Shown: piece by piece, positions 10,444 to 18,981 of the stretch
How the letters are laid out: each line of letters begins with the position of its first letter
Numbering within the stretch: the first letter of the stretch is position 1
Notes under the pieces: generated by a model
What the model was told of the DNA's origin: nothing
Database searches by the model: none
Seen by the model: the letters and a program-made list of their open reading frames with translations, nothing else
Assembly: GCA_964647595.1 (NCBI GenBank)
Contig: CAZYGH010000002.1
Coordinates: forward strand, 3,599 to 67,598
Length of the DNA stretch: 64,000 nt
Reading direction: 5' to 3'
Source of the DNA: an uncultured Verrucomicrobiota bacterium
Lineage (GTDB): Bacteria; Verrucomicrobiota; Kiritimatiellia; CAIQIC01; Lenti-01
Program-made: the position numbers and the translations under genes

Positions 10444-13400
10444 TTATGGGATTGTTGAATCTCGTCGCAACACCACCTCGCAAAGAGGAATTCCCCAGCG
10501 TTTCGCCGCACACGTCTTGCGCCATTCGGGTTCGGCATCTTCCTTCCGCCAACCATAAATGCCCAACACGCGAATCTCGTCCACCCGGTCGGCGGATTGG
10601 ATAAATCGGCGAGTCCCGTCCCTCGATAACAGTGCCAAGACCGTCCCATCCGCTTTCAGCGCAATTCCCGACCGTGTCTCCTCCCAGCCCAACCGATCCC
10701 CCACACGAACCTGACTCATCCCATTGGCAATCCGCTCTACACGATCCACGTCTCCCCGCCCCGCAAAGGACAAATCAAAATCGGCGGGTCCCAACACTCG
10801 ATACCTCTTCAAGGGCAACAGCCCAACGGGCGCAGTCCCCTTTTCCCGAACCACCGCTTCGGCCCCTCTCAATGGCTCCAGAATGGGACAGCGATCCCCG
10901 CTCCAATCCACCACCGCCAACGCACGCTTGGCACGCGTCATGCCCACATACAACAAGCGATGCGCCTCTTCCGAATCCTTGCGCCACAGATTCTGCCAAC
11001 GCCCCGCAACCGCCACACACCCATGCTCCGTGCCCTTGGCGGCGTGAAGAGTCGAAAGCCAAACGCCATCATTTCCCAATCGGCCATCCCGACGAAACCC
11101 GGCACAACTTTCATAAAAATGCTCGATCCACTCTTCTGCAACCGCCTCCCCCTCTGGAAAATCATCCACCATTCCCGCTAGCAAATCCGGCCACCGTCCA
11201 TCGCCACACGCATGGCGAATACGGCTCATCGCTTCTTCCATCATTCCGCGCGAGACCCGTTGCCCGGCCTGAGCCTGAAGTTTTTCCAACAGCATCATGC
11301 ACTCGCGCAACCGCCACAAAGCAGGCAACCCCGTTCCCCGTTGTCCCTCCATCGGCGAAATCCGCACATTCAACGGAATGCGCTCGGCCTCCGCCACCGA
11401 CCGGAACGCATCCAAATCTTCATGGTTCACCCCCAGCACCGCCATATCCTTCCAATCCACTCCCGCCTTACGCCAATTCTTCACCTGCTCCATAAGTCCC
11501 AGTGCCTGCGACTCCAAGCCATCCACCTCCAGCAACCGAACCGGCTCACCAACCGGCTCCTTGCTTCGCCGCCGATCCACATGAATCGGCATTTCGGCTT
11601 TCATCCGACCTCGATTTTCCTCAATCACTCGCCCCGCCGCATCCAAAATGGCCTTGCTCGACCGATAGTTCGACGTCAGGCCGCACATCTCCGCCTCATA
11701 GTCTTTTTCAAAGCGCCGAATGAAGCGTACATCGGCTCCACGAAACCCATAAATACTCTGGTCATCGTCGCCCACCGCCAAAAGGCCAAGCTTGGCATCC
11801 GGATCTTTCAACGTGCGGCCCGCCAACGCCGAAATCAGCTCATATTGCACCTCATCCACATCCTGATATTCATCCACCAAGATAAAACGAAAGCCCGCCA
11901 ACAACCGATCGCGCGCTTCATCCCGCTCACCGGGCTCCATCGCCAAATCTCCCCTCAAAAGACGTATTGCATCTCGAAGCGGCTGCTCAAAATCTAGTTC
12001 ACCCGACACCTTCACTCCCGCCCCCGAACGCCCGGCCATGGCGGAATAGGATGTCCCCGTGAGCCGCATCGCCAACCCGTGATACGTCATCACCGTCACC
12101 CCTCGCGCCGCATCCCCCGCCAACGCACGCAAACGGCGACGCAACTGAACCGCCGCCTCGTGATTGAAACACAGCCCCAAAATGGACTGCGCGGGCACAT
12201 GCTGTATTTTCAACAACCACGCCATCCGGTGCACCACCGTCTGAGTCTTGCCCGAGCCAGGCCCCGCCAACACCAGCCAATTCTGCTCGGGATTGGCCTC
12301 CACTACCCGCCGCTGCTCTTCGTCGCCCAGCTCTTCCACCACCTTCCGATAAGCCTCCGCCGTGGCCGCCCGCTCCAGTTCCTTCTTGCGCCCCGGAAAA
12401 TAGCGCTCACTAAACTGCCGTTTCTCGAGTCGAAAGTAATCGAGCACCAACGACAACGCCGCGGGCATGTTCTGCAATCCGCGCAGGGCATACTCCATCA
12501 TCACGTGAACTTGAAACGTCTTCTCCTCGTAGTACAACCCCAACGGGGCATACTCCTTCACGCCATACCCTCGAGAGGGCTCCGCCTCCACTCGAATCGT
12601 CATAGCCGTACGGAATAGCGCCAATCCACGCTGCAACCGGATGACCTGCAAATCGTGCAACCACAACAGCGCGCGTTCAGCAGCCACAGAGGCATTCGTT
12701 GGACCCGTCTGCAACAGCGATCCCGATTCAATCGCCTCACATAATTGATCCATCGTGAATTCCGCCAGTACATCTTTGCTCCCCGGCGTCTCGTGCGGAA
12801 TCTGCGCCAAGATCGTCTCTAACACGCGCGCCGCCTCGTCCCGACGCCGAGCCGCCAGCTCCACCACCATCGGCATCTCCACATTCAATCGAACACGGTG
12901 ACGCGTGGCGCTTCCCGGACGAATCTCCACCAGCCTCTTCCCCCCTTCCTCCAAACCCGACAACGATTGTGCCATTCTTTCGAAATCCTGCAAACTCGTC
13001 CCGCTTTCGCCTTCGTCTTTCAGCCGCTGATTCAACACGGTCGTATCCAGCACCAGCTCCTCCCCCGCCGAAGCCCCCTGCTCAATCAACAACTCATGAA
13101 ACCGTTTTTCAGCACGTGACAATCGCTCCAGACGCAAATGCGAGGGATCTGAAACCTTATGCCGCACATAAGCCGACATCGCCGTGCATTCCTTCAGCAC
13201 CTTTGCCTTCGACATCGCACGCAACTCACCAAACAACAGCCCATGCAGGCGAGCGGGTTCCCGTGGCCACTCTTGCTTCCGGTTCCACCCCTCCAGCGAG
13301 GGCAACGTCAGCAACCGATCCGCATCAATTCCCGCATCCGCTCGGGCAAACACAAATTCATTCAGAATGTCGCCCCACAATTTCTGACGCTCCGGCGGCT

Positions 13401-15606
13401 CCCCCAATTCAAACGCCCGAGCTTCCGCCTCATTCCGAGTCCGCGCAACAGGACGCGCCTGAAACACACTCACCACATTATCGTCGCGCTTCAAATAGTG
13501 TGCGCGCTCCAACCACGAAATCGCCGTTTTCACTTTGGTGTTTAGCCCGCGATCCTCCGGATCCAACACCTCTTGCAACCGCGTATCCTGCATCAACTCG
13601 CCCACCGTCACCACCAGCGAATCCCCATCTTTTCGCTTATGCTTTCTCAGCGCTCGCAGAATCTCCGCAATCTCGCGCCGCCCCAGCCGATTCATCCCAT
13701 TGAGATTGAATTGCCAATCCGCATCGTTGTCATCGAACAACAAAACACAGTCCGCCGCTCGACGGTCTCGCCCCGCTCGCCCCGCCTCCTGAAGATAATT
13801 CTCAACCGATCCCGGCATGTCACCGTGAATCACCACCCGCACATCTTCTTTGTCTACGCCCATGCCAAATGCATTCGTCGCCGCGATGACCTGCAAATCG
13901 CCCGCGATGAATCGATCCTGCACTTCTTTTTTTTCTTCCGGCGGAAGCCCCGCATGATAGTGAGCCGCTTTCCATCCGGCCTGTTGCAGACACTCCGATG
14001 TCTCCCGGGCCTTGGCCCGCGTGGATCGAAAGACAATCGCCCCGCCCCTTCCATACTCGCCCATGCGCTCCGACAGAATCTCGGATATTTTCTGCAACCG
14101 CTCAAAACCCGCTGCCACCTTCACCACCTCAAACTTCAGGCCCGGACGTTCCACCGAGGATTCAAACAGCGGCAACTCCCGCGAGCCCGTCATCGCTTCA
14201 TGAAAAGAACGAATTTCGTCCAGTACCTCGCTCTTGGCCGTGGCCGTCACATACATCACCGGCGGCACCGGCGTCCCCATTCGTTCGCGAATGAACCGCT
14301 CGGCATACAGATAATCCGTGCGAAAATCATGCCCCCATTTCGAGAGGCAATGGGCCTCATCAAACACCCACGCCCCAATCTCACGCTGCGAAATCGCCTT
14401 GGCAAACGATCGGCTCCTCAACTGCTCCGGTGCAATGTAGAGCAACGAAACATCCCCCATCGCAATTCGATGCAACACATCGCGCCGTTCCAACGGCGAC
14501 AGCAACCCATTCAGCGCCGCCGCACACCCCAGCGCCGCCGGCACACGCTTGGCCAACTGATCCACCTGATCTTTCATCAAGGATTGCAACGGCGAAAGAA
14601 TGATCGTCAGCATCCCCCGCCGCTCCATCCGAGCCAACGCTGGAAGCTGGAAGCACAACGATTTTCCACCCCCCGTCGGCAAAATCGCCATCAACGATTT
14701 CCCCGCCAACGCCGTCTCCACAATTTCCCGCTGCAAGCTACGCCCATTTTCATCCACGCGGAAATCCGAAAACTCCGGAAACCAGCGATGCAAACGCTCG
14801 CGCGCATCAAATTGCGTTCGGCACCAAACACACTTCGAATCTCCGCAAGGCACATCCCGCAACTGAGCTGCCAGCTCCCGGCTTTTCGGAAATTGTTTCC
14901 ACACCCAGCCCGGCAATACAGATCGGCAATCGCCCGCCACCGAAAGCCACGCCAGCACATACGCCAGCGCCATCCGCTCTTCCCTCAACAACGGAATCTC
15001 GAACCGTTTCGCCGCCGTCCCACATCCATTCCGACCCGCACATTCACGGATGGCATCAACAACGCTTTCTTCCGAAGGCAACGATCCGCCAAATACCAGC
15101 GCATAGCCCCTCTCCAAGCGCCCCTCTCCCGTGGCGCAAAGCCCGTGGATCGCGCGATGAAACTTCGGATCTCGCTCCCGCCATTCGCTCAACACCTCTC
15201 GCTCCCGACGAAACAACTGGCGCGCCAAAACCGCATCGCCCAACGGATCGTTTTCCTCGCGCCCCGTCGGCTTGTAGTCTTTCTCCAACGCGTGATACGG
15301 ATTTCGCGGAAAACACAACGGTGATAACTCCAACGTATCCACCACCGGCAGTTTTTCCAACAGAGCCAAATTCGGAAATTGCTTCGCCAACACCGGCAGA
15401 TCATGCCGCCAAATGTTGTGTCCCGATATCGCCACCGCGCCAAACAGCGCATCATCCAAGCGGCCTTGCAATAGAGGCTTGGGCTGCGACTCCCCCCACA
15501 ACCACGCCATGCCCCCATTCAGCGACTCGATGCAAAGTCCCGCCTTGGAAATACAATCCCCCTTCAGATTGGTTTCCAAATCCAGGAACAGCATCCGCTC
15601 GATCAT
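10444..15606 (-). CDS. Tri-domain nuclease/helicase (1720 aa): N-terminal DEDDh (DnaQ-like) 3'-5' exonuclease, RecQ-family SF2 helicase, C-terminal UvrD/PcrA-family SF1 helicase
   Basis: Exonuclease motifs FLDLETN, GHNIWRHDLPVL, VVDTLEL, YHALEKD (aa 1-175). RecQ motifs ILPTGGGKSLCFQLPAL, VFDEAHCLSKWGHDFR, YHAGL, ATNAFGMGVDKEDVRVVIH, QEAGRAGRD (aa ~285-640). UvrD motifs LAGPGSGKT, LVDEYQDV, VGDDDQSIYGFRGA, NYRS, TLHAAKGTE, VGMTRAKRAL (aa ~1085-1700). Single uninterrupted frame. Confidence 0.85.
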   Translation of the reverse strand: MIERMLFLDLETNLKGDCISKAGLCIESLNGGMAWLWGESQPKPLLQGRLDDALFGAVAISGHNIWRHDLPVLAKQFPNLALLEKLPVVDTLELSPLCFPRNPYHALEKDYKPTGREENDPLGDAVLARQLFRREREVLSEWRERDPKFHRAIHGLCATGEGRLERGYALVFGGSLPSEESVVDAIRECAGRNGCGTAAKRFEIPLLREERMALAYVLAWLSVAGDCRSVLPGWVWKQFPKSRELAAQLRDVPCGDSKCVWCRTQFDARERLHRWFPEFSDFRVDENGRSLQREIVETALAGKSLMAILPTGGGKSLCFQLPALARMERRGMLTIILSPLQSLMKDQVDQLAKRVPAALGCAAALNGLLSPLERRDVLHRIAMGDVSLLYIAPEQLRSRSFAKAISQREIGAWVFDEAHCLSKWGHDFRTDYLYAERFIRERMGTPVPPVMYVTATAKSEVLDEIRSFHEAMTGSRELPLFESSVERPGLKFEVVKVAAGFERLQKISEILSERMGEYGRGGAIVFRSTRAKARETSECLQQAGWKAAHYHAGLPPEEKKEVQDRFIAGDLQVIAATNAFGMGVDKEDVRVVIHGDMPGSVENYLQEAGRAGRDRRAADCVLLFDDNDADWQFNLNGMNRLGRREIAEILRALRKHKRKDGDSLVVTVGELMQDTRLQEVLDPEDRGLNTKVKTAISWLERAHYLKRDDNVVSVFQARPVARTRNEAEARAFELGEPPERQKLWGDILNEFVFARADAGIDADRLLTLPSLEGWNRKQEWPREPARLHGLLFGELRAMSKAKVLKECTAMSAYVRHKVSDPSHLRLERLSRAEKRFHELLIEQGASAGEELVLDTTVLNQRLKDEGESGTSLQDFERMAQSLSGLEEGGKRLVEIRPGSATRHRVRLNVEMPMVVELAARRRDEAARVLETILAQIPHETPGSKDVLAEFTMDQLCEAIESGSLLQTGPTNASVAAERALLWLHDLQVIRLQRGLALFRTAMTIRVEAEPSRGYGVKEYAPLGLYYEEKTFQVHVMMEYALRGLQNMPAALSLVLDYFRLEKRQFSERYFPGRKKELERAATAEAYRKVVEELGDEEQRRVVEANPEQNWLVLAGPGSGKTQTVVHRMAWLLKIQHVPAQSILGLCFNHEAAVQLRRRLRALAGDAARGVTVMTYHGLAMRLTGTSYSAMAGRSGAGVKVSGELDFEQPLRDAIRLLRGDLAMEPGERDEARDRLLAGFRFILVDEYQDVDEVQYELISALAGRTLKDPDAKLGLLAVGDDDQSIYGFRGADVRFIRRFEKDYEAEMCGLTSNYRSSKAILDAAGRVIEENRGRMKAEMPIHVDRRRSKEPVGEPVRLLEVDGLESQALGLMEQVKNWRKAGVDWKDMAVLGVNHEDLDAFRSVAEAERIPLNVRISPMEGQRGTGLPALWRLRECMMLLEKLQAQAGQRVSRGMMEEAMSRIRHACGDGRWPDLLAGMVDDFPEGEAVAEEWIEHFYESCAGFRRDGRLGNDGVWLSTLHAAKGTEHGCVAVAGRWQNLWRKDSEEAHRLLYVGMTRAKRALAVVDWSGDRCPILEPLRGAEAVVREKGTAPVGLLPLKRYRVLGPADFDLSFAGRGDVDRVERIANGMSQVRVGDRLGWEETRSGIALKADGTVLALLSRDGTRRFIQSADRVDEIRVLGIYGWRKEDAEPEWRKTCAAKRWGIPLCEVVLRRDSTIP

Positions 15607-15623
15607 ACATCACCCAACACGTT

Positions 15624-16385
15624 TCAAATCAGCCCCCGAATTAATCGATAGGCAACCGAACCTTCCGGCGGAATCAGAGGCAATTCCGACGGATCAAACC
15701 AACGCGCCTCCGACAGCTCATCCGCTTGAAGGCATATTTCTCCCGATTTCCATTTTGCCTTGAACGCCAACATCAGTTGGTTTGGATACGGCCAATGTTG
15801 GCTCCCCGCGTAGCGAATCTCATCCACCTCAATACCCGCTTCTTCCAACACTTCGCGGCGCACGCACTCTTCCAGTGTTTCCCCCACTTCAACATATCCC
15901 GCCAAACAAGTGAAAATTTCTTGAATGCGATGCACATGCCGTGCCAATAAAATTTTTCCCTCTTTTTCCACCCGCACAATCACGGCCGGATAGACGCTCG
16001 GATAATCCGTGTGCCCGCACGCCTCACAGTGATGAGCCACCTCCTTGGGATGCTCCACCATCTGGGTCCCACACACGCCACAAAATTTGTGCTTCGCGCG
16101 CCAGTTCAGCAGCCCCAGCGTACGGCACACCGCCGTTCCATCCGGCGAATTCTCCGCAATCAACTGCCGTACCCTCACCCACGCAAAACCGCCCGGCGGA
16201 TTTTCTGCCGCCCCAGACACCTCCGTCCCGACATATCCCTGTGGCCGCACCATGAAGGTATCCTTAACCTCCCGCGTCTTTTGCAATTCCGACAGCCCTT
16301 CTGCAAGACACGCCGGCTCCAAGCCACCCGCCCGCACCAGCAATTGGCCGTCGCAAAAGATATACTCCTTCTCTCGGCCTTTCAC
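15624..16385 (-). CDS. nudC: NAD-capped RNA hydrolase / NADH pyrophosphatase NudC (Nudix)
   Basis: C4 zinc motif CGVCG...CEACGH, Nudix box GYVEVGETLEECVRREVLEEAGI, NudC-type SQHWPYPNQLMLAF. 18 nt upstream of the helicase on the same strand. Confidence 0.8.
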   Translation of the reverse strand: MKGREKEYIFCDGQLLVRAGGLEPACLAEGLSELQKTREVKDTFMVRPQGYVGTEVSGAAENPPGGFAWVRVRQLIAENSPDGTAVCRTLGLLNWRAKHKFCGVCGTQMVEHPKEVAHHCEACGHTDYPSVYPAVIVRVEKEGKILLARHVHRIQEIFTCLAGYVEVGETLEECVRREVLEEAGIEVDEIRYAGSQHWPYPNQLMLAFKAKWKSGEICLQADELSEARWFDPSELPLIPPEGSVAYRLIRGLI

Positions 16386-17179
16386 TTCCCGTCCCTGCCT
16401 TCCAGTCGCCCCAAAAAGGCTCTCGTACGGTCTTGTTGAGGCCGAGAAATCACATCATCCGCCATGCCCCGCTCCACCACCACGCCATGATCCATAAAAA
16501 TAATGTGATCCGCCAAATCCCGCGCAAAGGCCATTTCATGCGTCACCACCACCATCGTCATTTTTTCAGCCGCCAACGCACGAATCACTTTTAGAATTTC
16601 GCCCGTCAGCTCGGGATCCAACGCGCTTGTGGGCTCATCAAAACACAACACCTCCGGCCTCAGCGCCAGTGCCCGCGCAATGGAAACTCGCTGCTGTTGA
16701 CCGCCCGAAAGCTGAAACGGATAGGCTTCCGCCTTTTCCAAAAGACCCATCTTGGCGAGCAATTCTTCTGCCGTTTTACGCGCCTCCACACGCGAAATTC
16801 TCAACACATGAATTTGCGCTTCCGTCAAATTGCGCATCACCGAAAAATGCGGAAACAAATTAAAATTCTGGAACACCAAACCAATTCGCAAACCAATTTT
16901 CCGAAGCATGCTCTTGTGCGCATAACGCGGTTTGTCTGGATGACACGGATGCGGCTCCACCAAGGTGTCCCCGCACACCCGGATCGTCCCATTGGCCACC
17001 GTGTCCAGTTGCGCCAAACATCTCAAGAGCGTCGATTTCCCCGAACCCGATGGACCAATCACGCCCAGCACTTCGCCCTTTCGAACCGTGAAGGTAATGT
17101 CTTTCAGCACCTCGAGCGTTCCAAAGGATTTGCTCACATGCTCCACACCAATCACTTCCATGCCCAATTCCGCGCTCAT
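16382..17179 (-). CDS. Polar amino-acid ABC transporter ATP-binding protein
   Basis: Walker A GPSGSGKST, signature LSGGQQQRVSIARAL, Walker B VLCFDEPTSALD. ATG at 17179 overlaps the permease stop by 4 nt. The ORF-track start at 17233 is likely an N-terminal over-extension. Confidence 0.85.
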   Translation of the reverse strand: MSAELGMEVIGVEHVSKSFGTLEVLKDITFTVRKGEVLGVIGPSGSGKSTLLRCLAQLDTVANGTIRVCGDTLVEPHPCHPDKPRYAHKSMLRKIGLRIGLVFQNFNLFPHFSVMRNLTEAQIHVLRISRVEARKTAEELLAKMGLLEKAEAYPFQLSGGQQQRVSIARALALRPEVLCFDEPTSALDPELTGEILKVIRALAAEKMTMVVVTHEMAFARDLADHIIFMDHGVVVERGMADDVISRPQQDRTRAFLGRLEGRDGK

Positions 17180-17829
17180 CGGTAATAATCCAATTTCTTT
17201 TCGAACCGCGCAAAGGCAAACGCCACACCCCAATTCATCACGAAATAAAACACCCCGGCCACAAAAATGGGCAACGTGGAAAATTGCCGCGAGCTGGCCG
17301 TCTGCGCCACGCGAAACAATTCCGCCACGCCAATGGTCTGCGCCAACGCCGTATCCTTCACCAGCGTGATCACTTCATTCCCCATCGCCGGAAGAATGCG
17401 TTTCACCACTTGCGGCAACACGATTCGGAAAAAAACCTGCGGCCGCGTGAATCCCAACACTTTTCCCGCCTCATGCTGGCCCGCCGGAATCGCCTCGATC
17501 CCGCCCCGAAAAATTTCCGCAAAATACGCCGCATAGTTGACCGCAAAAGCCACCACCGCCGCCGTGAAGCGATCATACGAAAGACCAAACAAGTAATACG
17601 GCGCAAAATATATGAAGATCAACTGCAAGATCAGCGGTGTGCCCCGCATCACCAGCAAATACACATGCACCGCCCCGCTCAGCCAGCGATTCCTCGACAT
17701 CCGCCCGAACGCCACCCCTAGCCCCAACGGCAGCGCGAACAAGAGCGTCAGCAGAAAAATCTCGAGGGAGACAACCGTCCCCTCCAGCATTTGCATCAGC
17801 ATCTTGTCCACGCCCGTGGCTCCGCCCAA
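17176..17829 (-). CDS. Amino-acid ABC transporter permease (HisM/GlnP family)
   Basis: Five TM segments and conserved EAA-like loop (AQTIGVAELFRVAQ). Confidence 0.85.
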   Translation of the reverse strand: MGGATGVDKMLMQMLEGTVVSLEIFLLTLLFALPLGLGVAFGRMSRNRWLSGAVHVYLLVMRGTPLILQLIFIYFAPYYLFGLSYDRFTAAVVAFAVNYAAYFAEIFRGGIEAIPAGQHEAGKVLGFTRPQVFFRIVLPQVVKRILPAMGNEVITLVKDTALAQTIGVAELFRVAQTASSRQFSTLPIFVAGVFYFVMNWGVAFAFARFEKKLDYYR

Positions 17830-17838
17830 TCGGGCGAA

Positions 17839-18648
17839 CTACTTCACAATCGTGATGTTGGCCCCAAACCAATGCACCGCGATTTCAGCCAGCGACCCAT
17901 CCTTCGCCATCGCCGACATCTGCGCCTGAACCGCATCCCTCAACGCCTGATCGTTCTTGCGGAACGCCACACCATATTCCTCCGGCGCCAGCTTCTCTTC
18001 CAGAATGCGATACGCCTTGCCTGACCTCGAAATGTTGTCGTTCGCCACCAGTAAATCCATCACCACCGCATCCACGCCGCGCGCCTCCAAATCCATCAGC
18101 GCTGTCAGGTTGTCCTTAAACTCCACCACCTTCGCCAGCGTCGCCTTGAATTCGGCCGCCGCCTCCAGCGCATCCGCCGCGCTCGACCCCGCCTGCAACC
18201 CCACCTGCTTACCGGCCAATTCGGTCAGCTTAGAGATCGGCACATCCGCCTTCACCACCAAGACCTGCGCATTGCCCACATACGGCTCGGTGAAATTCAG
18301 TTGCTCCTGCCGCGCCGGCGTAATCGTCAACCCGTTCCAGATGCAATCAATCTTGCCCGTATTCAGCTCCTGCTCCTTCGCATTCCAGTCGATCGGCTGC
18401 GGGACCAGCTCGATGCCCAAGCGCTTGCACACTTCCCTCGCCACATCGATGTCAAAGCCAACAATCTCGTTGTTGTCGTTTCGGAATCCCATCGGCGGAA
18501 ACGCATCATCCAATCCCAACACCAGCGTCTTCTTGTCCAGCACTTTTTGAAGCGACACATCGCCCGCGGCTTTCTCCTTCGCGCAACCCGCGAACAAAAG
18601 CAGAGCACCCACCATCGCCCCAACCATCACCACTTGAATTTTCTTCAT
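17839..18648 (-). CDS. Amino-acid ABC transporter substrate-binding protein (family 3)
   Basis: Signal peptide MKKIQVVMVGAMVGALLLFAGC (possible lipobox), GFDIDVAREVCKRLG, QPIDWNAKEQELNTGKIDCIWNGLTIT. Start placed at the internal ATG (MKKIQ). Confidence 0.8.
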   Translation of the reverse strand: MKKIQVVMVGAMVGALLLFAGCAKEKAAGDVSLQKVLDKKTLVLGLDDAFPPMGFRNDNNEIVGFDIDVAREVCKRLGIELVPQPIDWNAKEQELNTGKIDCIWNGLTITPARQEQLNFTEPYVGNAQVLVVKADVPISKLTELAGKQVGLQAGSSAADALEAAAEFKATLAKVVEFKDNLTALMDLEARGVDAVVMDLLVANDNISRSGKAYRILEEKLAPEEYGVAFRKNDQALRDAVQAQMSAMAKDGSLAEIAVHWFGANITIVK

Positions 18649-18981
18649 ACGTCTCCTTGTTGGTAAAAGCTCCTTCATACACCCATCCCCTCCACCCGAA
18701 AAGCCATTTCCATCCGGCCGCCCCACCCGCCCACTTATTACAATAACTGAATTCACTATCGGTACTTGGATGTTGAACATTGAACATTGGATATTCCTCC
18801 ATCTGTGAATGGGTTGCGTGACAACCGCTTTAGATCAATGAAATGGGGATGCGCCCATGCGTCCGGGACATGGTCAATTATTGTTTACTCCGCCCAACGC
18901 CTCGCCCATAATTTGGACATGAGAGAGCAAATGAGAACAGGGAAGAGCCGCGTTCTGATTCGCTGAAAATGGAGGCCGATC

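Noticed and set aside
13573-15324. 583-aa plus-strand ORF
   Set aside because: Antisense to the well-supported helicase gene. Arg/His/Pro-rich with no motifs.
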